From the NCBI RefSeq assembly GCF_000008645.1, contig NC_000916.1, positions 600,001 through 632,000 on the forward strand: DNA of 32,000 bases, given 5' to 3'. Position 1 is the first letter of the stretch. Every line of letters starts with the position of its first letter. A model generated the notes under the pieces. It was not told the origin of the DNA. It saw only the letters and a list, made by a program, of their open reading frames with translations, and searched no databases. Position numbers and translations under genes: made by a program. Below, in pieces: positions 1 through 8,889 of the stretch. The DNA is from Methanothermobacter thermautotrophicus str. Delta H. Its GTDB lineage: Archaea; Methanobacteriota; Methanobacteria; Methanobacteriales; Methanothermobacteraceae.

Positions 1-2941
1 CGCTGTCTGGTGAGAGCATCCCTGATACCATGAGGGCCACTTCACTGTCAGTCCAGTTGAGACCAAATGTGTCAAGTCCATAGGGCATCAGTGTACTGGT
101 AATGCTCAGAAGGTAGTCATGCACCCTGTCTATGTCATCGTCCGTCATGTTGGTTGCGTTAATCCCAAGATCCCTTGCAAGGTCAAGTTTGATTATGGTT
201 TCCCTGATCTGCTTTGCATATTCGTCTCTCATGGGGTTTCCAGTTGGTGTAGCCTCGTAACTTGACACGAGCCCTGCAAGTTCCTGAAGGTCACCGTAGA
301 GCTTTGTTCTTGTCAGCGGTGGTGTTAAATGATCTATGATCACTGCAAGTCCTCTTCTCTTGGCTTGCAGACCCTCTCCAACACCATCCATTATGTAGAT
401 GTATAGTGATGGTGTATCTCCTATGCATATATCAGGGTAATCAAAGGATGAGAGGGCATACTGTTTCCTTGGTGTCCACTCGTAGGTTGCGTGTCTTCCA
501 ACGTGTATCTGCGCATTTGCACCGAAAACCGTGTTTACCCATGCATACCATGCAAGGTAGCAGTGAGGTGGTGGAACTATTGTGCTGTGGTAGAGGTTTG
601 CAGCGTCGGCTTCCCATCCCCTCTGTGGTTCCGGGCCTATGAAGACATTTCCAAACATGAGCCCCGGGATCACTACGTACTTCCTTCCATTTCTTGTTAC
701 AACCATGACGTTTCCTGGTGGTTCACCCCAGCCAGTCATCCCTGAAACATTGAGGGCCATGAACTGGTTTTTGTAGATGTAGAAGAGATCCCATGCCGTT
801 GTGTTGGATGTGTTCCAGATGACTGCTGTCAGGGCAGCGCTCATTTTGTTTATAAGATCAATTGCTGTTCCTGCGATCTGAGGGTGTGTATTCGCATTTG
901 AGATCATCTCCTGGGTCCAGCGGTTGAGTGTCTTGAGCATTTCATCCCTGACCCTGCAGTCTCCTTCATTGATACACTGCACCGCAACCCTTGTGAGTTC
1001 CTCTATGTATCCAACGGGACCTTCAACCATCTCCTTGCGGGCAACAGGATCAAGTGTATTGAACCATGCAAGGTAGTCCTCGTATGGCCACAGTATTGCA
1101 TTTGAACTGTTTGCAAGTTTCTCAAGTTCACCGGGGGCCCAGTTGGCAACATTTATACCGTTTTTGATCATCATCTCAACCAGTGCATCAGCGTCCTGCG
1201 GTATTTCACCAACACTGTAGCCCTCTGCCTTCATGCGCTTGAGTATCTCAATGATACTTTCGGGGACATTAAGGTAACTTGCACCTATGTTCTGCTTACC
1301 CGGCGGGTAGTTGTAGTATACAATTGCCACCTTTTTGTCACTATTTGCCATGGTCTGGAGTCTGATCCAGTTGAAGGCCCTGCTGACAAGTTTCTCTATC
1401 CTCTCTGGAATGGTCACTGTTATGTCCCACTGTGCACCTGTTTCAGGATCTGAACCTATCTCACCCACACCTATGGCAAGTGGTTCTATCTGACCCTGCA
1501 TCTCTGGCTGTGCACACTGCCAGTAAACTGACATCCAGCTGAATCCCTCCTCTGAGACAATCCACTGACCAATTGTTCTGTATGTAGAACTGGTTATCAT
1601 TGCCCTCAGAACAGGGATATTTGATCTATCAAAGAACTTGGTAACACTGGCACCGGATGTTGTTGACCCGGTTATAAACGTCAGCATATCTATGATAACG
1701 TTTGCCTTGACAGGGTATTTTTCAGGGTTGGCCTCGTACTGAACAACGTTTGATGCATCTGTGAGAAACTTTACTAGGGCTGAATATACGTTCACCGGCT
1801 GTACTGTGCTGATCTTGAGACTCCTTATTAGGTTACCATTATCAAGTATCTGAACCTCATAAACATTCGCACTTGAGACGCTGGTAACACCAAGGATTGA
1901 TGTGAGGTCAGTGTAGTTCCCTATTCCCCTGATGGCAGTTATGTTGTAGGTCTGGTTTGGCATGCATAGCGTCTGGATAATGTTCTGCATACCAGTCTGG
2001 TTGAGGATGACATAATTTGACCATGTACCTATAACTGGTATGACGTTGAGTCCCCTTGAGACGAGTGCATCGATTATCTGCTGCATCGCATCAGCGTAGG
2101 TGACCTCCCCTGTGGATCCAACATAGCTCAGGACAGCCACTGTGGGTTTAGCTGGATCCAGAGGATATCTTGTGAAGTAATCCTCCTTTGTAAACCTCTG
2201 ACCATCACGGTAGAGGAATTCTGATGACAATGGAGAAGCTGGTTCAACAGTCGCAGGCTCCCAGCTGCTGTTCCATGGTATTCCGCGCATGTTATAGTAC
2301 ATCTTTAGTGCGAGTTTGAACTGATTTTCAAGGTTTGTTTTGCCCGCTGCTGCATAGTACAGGGCGCAATCTATCCACTGATGCAGTGCTGTGTTTCCAG
2401 GGTATTTCTGTTTATATGCTATAAGAGATGTAAGGTCTCCGTCGTGACATGCGCCTATTAAAGTACCTGGTCTATCGTATGTTCCAATATCACTGTCGTT
2501 AACACCAGTGAAGACCTCTGTATTGTTTATTCTGCTCAATTTGACGAGAGTTGGTCCGCTTTCAAATGCAAAAAACAGTTTGTTTTCTAATATTGATGGA
2601 TGGGCTCTTATAACAGCTTCAAAGGAACCGTTACCGGCGAGCTGTGTGCCCCATTCAGCAATTATAATACTGGAACTGTTGATGAGTGACAGTATCTCAT
2701 CGCCTGTCATGTTACCTATCTGTGTGGTGGATCTTATCTGGAAATTCACCCTCTTCGCATCCCTGTTTGTGAGGTTCATTACAGTGTATGCAACTTCATT
2801 GTAACTCTTTGTGGCTGTAGATGACCCTATAACCAGTACAGTAGTTGAATTATCCTCCGTGCTGTTGTCTGCTGCTGCCACGCTCTGGCAGAACATTAAC
2901 ATGAGAAGAACTGCTGTTACTGTAATCAGATGTTTTCTCAT
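1..2941 (-). CDS. Secreted CobN/magnesium-chelatase subunit H-like protein, C-terminal part outside the window
   Basis: Manual translation from ATG at 2941 (MRKHLITVTAVLLMLMFCQSVAAADNST..., signal peptide) stays open to position 1. The ORF track omits it, probably because it has no stop inside the window. CobN-family stretches include KKVAIVYYNYPPGKQNIGASYLNVPESI, GNVFIGPEPQRGWEADAANLYHSTIVPPPHCYLAWYAWV and FGANAQIHVGRHATYEWTPRKQYALSS...GEGLQAKRRGLAVIIDHLTPP. Strong Shine-Dalgarno AAAGGAGGTGAAAAG upstream. Confidence 0.9.
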   Translation of the reverse strand, partial: MRKHLITVTAVLLMLMFCQSVAAADNSTEDNSTTVLVIGSSTATKSYNEVAYTVMNLTNRDAKRVNFQIRSTTQIGNMTGDEILSLINSSSIIIAEWGTQLAGNGSFEAVIRAHPSILENKLFFAFESGPTLVKLSRINNTEVFTGVNDSDIGTYDRPGTLIGACHDGDLTSLIAYKQKYPGNTALHQWIDCALYYAAAGKTNLENQFKLALKMYYNMRGIPWNSSWEPATVEPASPLSSEFLYRDGQRFTKEDYFTRYPLDPAKPTVAVLSYVGSTGEVTYADAMQQIIDALVSRGLNVIPVIGTWSNYVILNQTGMQNIIQTLCMPNQTYNITAIRGIGNYTDLTSILGVTSVSSANVYEVQILDNGNLIRSLKISTVQPVNVYSALVKFLTDASNVVQYEANPEKYPVKANVIIDMLTFITGSTTSGASVTKFFDRSNIPVLRAMITSSTYRTIGQWIVSEEGFSWMSVYWQCAQPEMQGQIEPLAIGVGEIGSDPETGAQWDITVTIPERIEKLVSRAFNWIRLQTMANSDKKVAIVYYNYPPGKQNIGASYLNVPESIIEILKRMKAEGYSVGEIPQDADALVEMMIKNGINVANWAPGELEKLANSSNAILWPYEDYLAWFNTLDPVARKEMVEGPVGYIEELTRVAVQCINEGDCRVRDEMLKTLNRWTQEMISNANTHPQIAGTAIDLINKMSAALTAVIWNTSNTTAWDLFYIYKNQFMALNVSGMTGWGEPPGNVMVVTRNGRKYVVIPGLMFGNVFIGPEPQRGWEADAANLYHSTIVPPPHCYLAWYAWVNTVFGANAQIHVGRHATYEWTPRKQYALSSFDYPDICIGDTPSLYIYIMDGVGEGLQAKRRGLAVIIDHLTPPLTRTKLYGDLQELAGLVSSYEATPTGNPMRDEYAKQIRETIIKLDLARDLGINATNMTDDDIDRVHDYLLSITSTLMPYGLDTFGLNWTDSEVALMVSGMLSPDS

Positions 2942-2944
2942 GAT

Positions 2945-2959
2945 CTTTTCACCTCCTTT
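2945..2959 (-). promoter_or_regulatory. Shine-Dalgarno region AAAGGAGGTGAAAAG of the CobN-like gene
   Basis: Reverse complement of cttttcacctccttt immediately upstream of ATG 2941; the same 15-mer precedes the 6027 start codon. Confidence 0.8.
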
Positions 2960-2989
2960 GAATTTTTCAATATCCATTTATTGTGAAGA

Positions 2990-3000
2990 CAATATAAATT
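2990..3000 (-). promoter_or_regulatory. Putative TATA box for the CobN-like gene
   Basis: Reverse complement AATTTATATT about 50 nt upstream of the start codon; archaeal TATA-like. Confidence 0.45.
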
Positions 3001-3126
3001 ATTGTTATTACTATTTTGAGGCAATCGAAAAATAGAGTATTAATAAACCGTTAACTATTACTCATTTTATATGTGTATCAAGAAAACGTAATACCAAATG
3101 TTAATAAAAAGAGAAAAAATTGGGGT

Positions 3127-6027
3127 TTATTTTCCTGCTCCGCCCCTGAGGAATCCGAAGGCCACGAGACCAGCGGCAACAAGGACACCCACGATACCGT
3201 AGACGTACCATGAGGAGTCACCACCACTGGAACCTGAGGTCACATTCTTAACCTCATAGGCCTTTGAAGGGGTTGATGCAGGCTCCTCTGACACTGAAGA
3301 TGCAGCGCCCACCTCTGCAGGTGAAGCAGCCGTATCCACACCCGGTGAATAACCTGCATGTCCGCCGCTGATACCATCAGCTGAACCTGAGGGAACACCA
3401 CCAGGAACACCACCAGGAACACCACCAGGAACACCGCCCTGGTTTCCGTTCTGTGATCCTCCGTTGTTCACCGGAATGAGGTCAGCAAGGGTCCTGTTTG
3501 CAGGTATGCCCTTAACGTATGCAATGGGGTTCTGACCGTTTGCACCGGAGAGGATCATCTGAAGTTCACTCTCTGTGATGAGCCTCTCAGCATCGTAGGT
3601 CACAACCGGTGGAGCTGTCATGTAACTTGGTATCTCACCCTTGTAGAGGCTTATGAAGCCAGCTATCTGCTTCTCCCTTTTAGCATCATTGGTCGCACAG
3701 TCACTGGTATCGAATTGTGGCCATTTGAAGTCAATGACAACAGCCCTTCCAACCTTGTTCTTGTTGTCCCAGATAACAAGGATACCCTCAATGTTTCCGC
3801 CATAGGCGTATTCATTTTCAGGGTCGTTCTCTGTTCCGGGTACTCGAAGGTTGAAGTAGGTTCCCTGCCCGGGGGATACCCCCAGTCGGTAGACTATGGC
3901 GTCGTCCTTGCAGTAGATGGTGTTACCGAGGTAGATGTAGTTCTCATCCTCCTTGAGGGGATAGTTGTTGAATATGTACTCTGTTATCAGGTAGCCTGGT
4001 GATACACCTGGACATGCATGGTCATGGAAGAGGAATGTCAGCACCTGATCGTAGGGTGGGTCGTTCCTCCATGCATTTGCTATGCTCTGTATGTTGAACC
4101 ATCCATCCTTTGCAAAGACCTTTGATATCTTGTTGCTCAGCTGTGTGCTGTTCAGGGTCCTTGGGCCTATGTCATTCACGAATTTACCGTCTGAGGCATT
4201 GCTTGCAACAAGCTGACCTGTTGTCGGGTCATAGTAGATGTAGACTGCATCCATTGTCATGCCATCGTAGCCTCTGAGGGCAAATGTGAACCATAGTGGC
4301 TTCCAGAGTGGCCTGTGTACCGGCAGGAGGGTTGCCCTGCTGAGCCTTGATCCCAGGACATCGAATACTCCGTCCCAGGCTGCGCTCATATCCTGTCCAT
4401 TCACCCTTGAGTAACCAGCAGATGTTAACACCACAAGGTCCCTGTCATCCTTCTCAAGGTTTATACCCTTCTCTGTGAGGAATAACTGTTTTGCGAGGTT
4501 TGCAGCGTCAATTCCTATCTGTTTTATCTGGTTGTATGTGAGGTTACCCCATGATAATGTGTTGTTTTCACGGGTTGCATTGGAGAGTCCAAGACTGTCT
4601 ATGTATGCCATGTCAAGGCCATGGGCAATCTGGGCAGGTATCTGGTATGTGATGTTGTTTACCTTATCTGTGGCGTTCACAGGGTTTTCTGTACCCAGCA
4701 GATAGTAGTAGTGTGTAACATTGAGGTCCTTAAGTTCCCTGACGATTGTAATAAGTGATGTTGGGTCCTGTTTCAGTTTAGCTATGAGCCATGCATTGAA
4801 TTCAAGCTCTGTGTTCTTTCCGGTCTGCTGCTGGAACTGCCTCCTGAGTGCCTCCTTGTCAAACTTCATCACTATGAGGTCACCCTTGAGGGTGTTGGGG
4901 TTCCATCTTATGAAGCCAACAAGGTTGGTGTCTGCACCGGTGGCTGTTGTGTTGAATCCACTGTAGGATCCGCCCTTACCCGGTGTTGTGTCGAGGAACA
5001 TTAGGAGTGAATCATCATCTGAGTCGCCCGGTACACCCACTGTCACGTAGCTTGTTATCTCACCGGGTGATCCTGGATTTGTAAAGTCCATGACTGGTGG
5101 ATAGTACTTGAGGAGTGTCAGACTCATTGCATATCCGCTGATGGTACCCAGGCACATGTGCCCATGGAATGCAGCTGCCCTGAGAAGGTCTGATGGAGCT
5201 CCCTGGACCCAGGCATTGGCAAGGCTTGCAACAGGGAAAGCATGGTTCCCATATTTGCTTACCAGAAGGTTCCAGTTTGCCTCTGTCATGTTCTTTGTGA
5301 GGTCGATGGTGTATACCGCTTTACCGTTAACTGTTTTAATGACGACCGGTGATGTGCTTGCATTCTTGAAGTAGACTCCAAGGAGCGTTGCTCCTCTCTG
5401 GATTATGAAAAATGTGTCCAGTGGATCCACAGGGCTTTTCCTTATGACAAGAAGGTTGCCCTTACCATAGGTCACCCTTCCACCAGCCTGGTTGAGTATG
5501 CCCTCAATGACATCCTCTGATGTGTCGTTTCTGTATTTGACTATTCCTGCCGTTGTTATAACAAGCACGTTGCCGCTTGAGAAGTTGAGGATCTGGTCTG
5601 CCTTCTTTGTTATTTCCCTTCCCAGTTTGTAGGCGTCTGTGGCGTTCATTCGGAGCTGAAGTTTTGCGTAGTATTTTGTGTCCAGTGGATTTAGCGGGTT
5701 GGTTGAGATGGTGAATTCATGTAGAAGATCCCTGTAGCCGGGTGCTGTGACCTTGATCTTGAATTTTGTGGTGTTCGTGATGTTCTGGTAGTTGAATATG
5801 AGCTTTGTTATGTTTGCCGCCGGATCAAAGGTCTTTGTGAAGTTTATCTTTGTCCCGTTACTGTCAGTGATGTAGTTTATGTCAGGGTTTATACGGGAGT
5901 TATCGTCGGCGTATTCATATTTGACGTCAACCCCCACCTCACAGTTTGTATCAGCTGCACTCACAGAACCCGTAAGTGCCACAGCAACGAGAAGAACCAT
6001 GAAAACCATGAAATACTGTCTTCCCAT
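3127..6027 (-). CDS. Secreted/surface-anchored protein with two FmdE-type metal-binding motifs
   Basis: 966 aa; N-terminal signal peptide (MGRQYFMVFMVLLVAVALTGSVSAADT); FmdE-like motifs FHGHMCLGTISGYAMSL and FLFHDHACPGVSPGYLITEY; Gly/Pro/Ser-rich linker; C-terminal hydrophobic anchor WYVYGIVGVLVAAGLVAFGFLRGGAGK. Confidence 0.88.
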   Translation of the reverse strand: MGRQYFMVFMVLLVAVALTGSVSAADTNCEVGVDVKYEYADDNSRINPDINYITDSNGTKINFTKTFDPAANITKLIFNYQNITNTTKFKIKVTAPGYRDLLHEFTISTNPLNPLDTKYYAKLQLRMNATDAYKLGREITKKADQILNFSSGNVLVITTAGIVKYRNDTSEDVIEGILNQAGGRVTYGKGNLLVIRKSPVDPLDTFFIIQRGATLLGVYFKNASTSPVVIKTVNGKAVYTIDLTKNMTEANWNLLVSKYGNHAFPVASLANAWVQGAPSDLLRAAAFHGHMCLGTISGYAMSLTLLKYYPPVMDFTNPGSPGEITSYVTVGVPGDSDDDSLLMFLDTTPGKGGSYSGFNTTATGADTNLVGFIRWNPNTLKGDLIVMKFDKEALRRQFQQQTGKNTELEFNAWLIAKLKQDPTSLITIVRELKDLNVTHYYYLLGTENPVNATDKVNNITYQIPAQIAHGLDMAYIDSLGLSNATRENNTLSWGNLTYNQIKQIGIDAANLAKQLFLTEKGINLEKDDRDLVVLTSAGYSRVNGQDMSAAWDGVFDVLGSRLSRATLLPVHRPLWKPLWFTFALRGYDGMTMDAVYIYYDPTTGQLVASNASDGKFVNDIGPRTLNSTQLSNKISKVFAKDGWFNIQSIANAWRNDPPYDQVLTFLFHDHACPGVSPGYLITEYIFNNYPLKEDENYIYLGNTIYCKDDAIVYRLGVSPGQGTYFNLRVPGTENDPENEYAYGGNIEGILVIWDNKNKVGRAVVIDFKWPQFDTSDCATNDAKREKQIAGFISLYKGEIPSYMTAPPVVTYDAERLITESELQMILSGANGQNPIAYVKGIPANRTLADLIPVNNGGSQNGNQGGVPGGVPGGVPGGVPSGSADGISGGHAGYSPGVDTAASPAEVGAASSVSEEPASTPSKAYEVKNVTSGSSGGDSSWYVYGIVGVLVAAGLVAFGFLRGGAGK
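3392..3439 (-). repeat. 12-bp tandem repeat (4 copies, last one degenerate) encoding (VPGG)n
   Basis: ggaacaccacca unit repeated; encodes GGVPGGVPGGVPGGVPSG in the linker before the C-terminal anchor. Confidence 0.9.
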
Positions 6028-6029
6028 AC

Positions 6030-6044
6030 CTTTTCACCTCCTTT
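6030..6044 (-). promoter_or_regulatory. Shine-Dalgarno region AAAGGAGGTGAAAAG of the dual-FmdE gene
   Basis: Reverse complement of cttttcacctccttt, just upstream of ATG 6027. Confidence 0.8.
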
Positions 6045-6092
6045 TAAGTTCTTTAATGGTTAATAATGTACGGATCTTCCTTGGAGTAATAA

Positions 6093-6103
6093 GATATATA
6101 ATG
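6093..6103 (-). promoter_or_regulatory. Putative TATA box (TTATATATCTT) for the dual-FmdE gene
   Basis: Archaeal TATA-like sequence about 70 nt upstream of the start codon, followed upstream by a 14-bp palindrome. Confidence 0.5.
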
Positions 6104-6362
6104 CTTTTGTTAATACTTTAAGGCCTTAAACTGGAAAAAATGTAATACTCAATTTTTTCAGAAAGAGGGAATTCATGGGGAAACCCCATGAACTGATTGC
6201 TGGAGGGAAAATTTAATATCAAACACCATTCTGGTGTTACATGTTACTCTTGAATGTCCCTACTATTTAACAATTTCTATTTTAAAATTAATAATAACCA
6301 TCTGCTGTCATTCTCCCTGATGGTAATAAGTATAAGCGAGTGAATTCCTTTATCATGGGAAG

Positions 6363-7163
6363 TCAATCAGGACATTTAAAAACAAGTACCGAAGTGTTGT
6401 TAACCTTCCCTGATGGCAGGACAACTCCTGCCCTCCTGAATCCGGTGATATCATCATCACTGACAGGTGCGTAGAGGATAGCCCTCATACCTGTGTATGT
6501 CCTGTAGATAATCCGCGTTTCTGTATCAACATATCTGTGTATGTTCCTGAAAACCCTTCTCTTTGGCTCTGCAAGGGCCGCCACCATTAACACATCAAAT
6601 TCAAGACCATCAATGACGGTTTCATCTCCAGTTATGACATTCACACCATCAACTCCAAGGCCTTCGATGACCTTTCTTGAGAGCTCAGCGATGTCTGGTT
6701 CGATTTCAACAACATTAACTCTCATACCATAGACGTGTGAGAGAAGAATACCTGTAAGGGGTAGGGGACCACCTCCAATAAAAACTGCTCTCTCCCCTCT
6801 CCTGAATCTTCCAAGGGCAGCCTCATTCTTAAGTAGTTCAAGGTACCTTGGGTAGAAGTAGAATGACCTGAGGGTCTCCCAGGGTGAGTCTGACTCTATG
6901 ACCTCCTGTGCCTTTTCCATTTCAAGCTTCATCCCGAGATTCACGTAGAACTTCCTTATCAGGCTGAGTGCATGATTCATTTCAGCATCATCGAGGATGT
7001 GCTTTGCTGATTCAAAGTCAATGGTTGAGTCATGGGCTATCTCCTCGATTTCATCAAGAAGTGGCATGACCCCGCTGGTGTCCATCTCATCGAAGTGATA
7101 ATTCATTCCCTCGAGTCTTGAGGCTATCCTCTTTATCTTATCCCAGTAGATGTAGCAGCTCAT
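6363..7163 (-). CDS. Archaeal nicotianamine synthase-like protein (thermonicotianamine synthase)
   Basis: 266 aa; methyltransferase-like fold sequence RRGERAVFIGGGPLPLTGILLSHVYGMRVNVVEIEPDIAELSRKVIEGLG...GDETVIDGLEFDVLMVAALAEPKRRVFRNIHRYVDTETRIIYRTYTGMRAILYAPV, typical of NAS. SD AAGGAG upstream. Confidence 0.92.
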   Translation of the reverse strand: MSCYIYWDKIKRIASRLEGMNYHFDEMDTSGVMPLLDEIEEIAHDSTIDFESAKHILDDAEMNHALSLIRKFYVNLGMKLEMEKAQEVIESDSPWETLRSFYFYPRYLELLKNEAALGRFRRGERAVFIGGGPLPLTGILLSHVYGMRVNVVEIEPDIAELSRKVIEGLGVDGVNVITGDETVIDGLEFDVLMVAALAEPKRRVFRNIHRYVDTETRIIYRTYTGMRAILYAPVSDDDITGFRRAGVVLPSGKVNNTSVLVFKCPD

Positions 7164-7205
7164 AGCGGTTCTCCTTAGGTCATGGTAATGTTATTGAACA
7201 GCACA

Positions 7206-7214
7206 CTTTATAAG
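7206..7214 (-). promoter_or_regulatory. Putative TATA box (CTTATAAAG) for the nicotianamine synthase gene
   Basis: About 45 nt upstream of ATG 7163 on the minus strand, suitable archaeal promoter spacing. Confidence 0.5.
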
Positions 7215-7314
7215 ACTTGAGCACATATGTCATATATGAAGACAATCATGTATTACTTTATCTGGATTTAACACAGAATAATTATTACTTACTGGTGATG
7301 GATGTTATCGCTGG

Positions 7315-7932
7315 TTGAATGAGGGGGCAAAAAACACTGAAAAACAAAAGGTGATGGAAATTATCACTGTGGCTGAACCCATGAGTGAATCTGAACTTGA
7401 ATCCATAAGAAACTTCCTCTTCAGGATAATCAGGAGGGAGTTTGGATTCGGATACATACCCGAGTACCACAGGGACATAATCAACCTTGAGGAGTACTAC
7501 CTCAAACCCCCAAGGAACATCTTCCTCTTCGCCTCCCAGGGTGGTAGGGTAATAGGGACACTGGGACTCCGTGCCTATGACCGTGAATTTGAGGGCCTGA
7601 ACTATGATCCAGAGACAACGGCCAGCCTGTGGAGGGTTTTTGTAGATGAGGATCACCGGAGGATGGGTGTTGCATCCAGACTTGTTGAAATCGCCGAGAA
7701 GGAAGCAGCATCACTGGGCTACCAGAGGATCTACCTGCACACACATAAATACGTCGGTGGTGCCCTCGAATTCTGGCTTTCAAGGGGATACCGTGTAACG
7801 GTGGACACAGGGAATGAACTCGGGACGGTCCACATGGAGAAGACCCTCTCATGCAATTCAAATGCAATTACCAGGATCCCTGAGAAAACCTCTGAACTCT
7901 CACATTCACTCCCCAGGACCCAGAAGGTTTAA
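7315..7932 (+). CDS. GNAT family N-acetyltransferase
   Basis: 205 aa; ASLWRVFVDEDHRRMGVASRLVEIAEKEAASLGYQRIYLHTHKYVGGALEFWLSRGYRV. The true start could be the internal ATG at 7354 (MEIITVAEPM). Confidence 0.88.
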   Translation: MNEGAKNTEKQKVMEIITVAEPMSESELESIRNFLFRIIRREFGFGYIPEYHRDIINLEEYYLKPPRNIFLFASQGGRVIGTLGLRAYDREFEGLNYDPETTASLWRVFVDEDHRRMGVASRLVEIAEKEAASLGYQRIYLHTHKYVGGALEFWLSRGYRVTVDTGNELGTVHMEKTLSCNSNAITRIPEKTSELSHSLPRTQKV

Positions 7933-8224
7933 TTCCATGTTGGTTAAAAAGGAATCAGATGGCATTTGAACTGAATCATTAAAAAGAGGAGGAACAGGGC
8001 ATCAGATGACATTTTTTTTGAGCGAAAGGATTGTTGCTGGATGCCCTGTTGAGCTGGCTTCCGTTTTAAGCTAGGAGGAATTCATGCTCACTAAAGTGGT
8101 TGTCACACGACATATAAATACTTTTTGAAAAAAAGTTATTACATGCTTTTAAATGAAAACTGGTTAAGTATTAATACATGATGATAATTACATAATATCT
8201 GTTTTAATCCAGAGGCGGCAGTGA

Positions 8225-8500
8225 TTATTCCCTGAATCCATCAAGGAAGGATTCAAGGCTCCTGTAGGCTGCATCCACTGCCTCATCAACAATCCCGGGA
8301 TCTGCATCTGAAAGCTCATCAAGGTACAGTTCAGCGCTGATATCAACCTTCAGTTCATCGGTGTACTCCACCAGCACAGTTATGTCAATATCAACTATTT
8401 CCTTGGCAGACACCCTCTTCAGTATAAAATCAGAAATGGTATTGTGGAGGAAACTGGATATCTCATCCAGATCCCCTTCAGTGAGTTTTCTGAGACTCAA
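8225..8500 (-). CDS. DUF3194-like small protein adjacent to prefoldin beta
   Basis: 91 aa, TTG start at 8500, immediately follows the pfdB stop; sequence and context resemble the DUF3194 family (family from memory). Confidence 0.7.
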   Translation of the reverse strand: MSLRKLTEGDLDEISSFLHNTISDFILKRVSAKEIVDIDITVLVEYTDELKVDISAELYLDELSDADPGIVDEAVDAAYRSLESFLDGFRE

Positions 8501-8866
8501 TTAGTTACCCATCCCAGGATTGATACCCGCGCCCTTCATTGCTTCCTGGATGTTGACCTGCATCTCCTGCAGTTTCTTCATGACGCGTTCTTCCTGTCTC
8601 TCAATTGTCTTCTCCCTGAGCTGGAGTGTTTCAAGTTTTTCCTGAAGTTCCTCTGTAAGTTCATCCTTGGCAACCCTGATGAGAATGTTACCTGAGCTCT
8701 TATATACTTCAGCGTCATCGGCAGCCCTTGAGAGTTCTTCAAGGGCCTTCTGTGTCTCATTAATCTGCATTTCAACCGTCTGTTTCTGCACAGATATTGC
8801 CTGTGCCTGCTGCTGCAGCTGCTGGAACTGAGCTAACTGGTGCTGTACATTCTGTGGAAGTTCCAT
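8501..8866 (-). CDS. pfdB: Prefoldin subunit beta
   Basis: 121 aa; MELPQNVQHQLAQFQQLQQQAQAISVQKQTVEMQINETQKALEELSRA...VYKSSGNILIRV. Confidence 0.95.
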   Translation of the reverse strand: MELPQNVQHQLAQFQQLQQQAQAISVQKQTVEMQINETQKALEELSRAADDAEVYKSSGNILIRVAKDELTEELQEKLETLQLREKTIERQEERVMKKLQEMQVNIQEAMKGAGINPGMGN

Positions 8867-8889
8867 ATTATCACCTTCAAAATATCCAA

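Noticed and set aside
8178-8236. C/D box small RNA candidate (ATGATGA ... CTGA)
   Set aside because: C and terminal D boxes fit in size, but the internal C'/D' boxes are weak and the region is AT-rich, so chance is likely. Would need small-RNA data.
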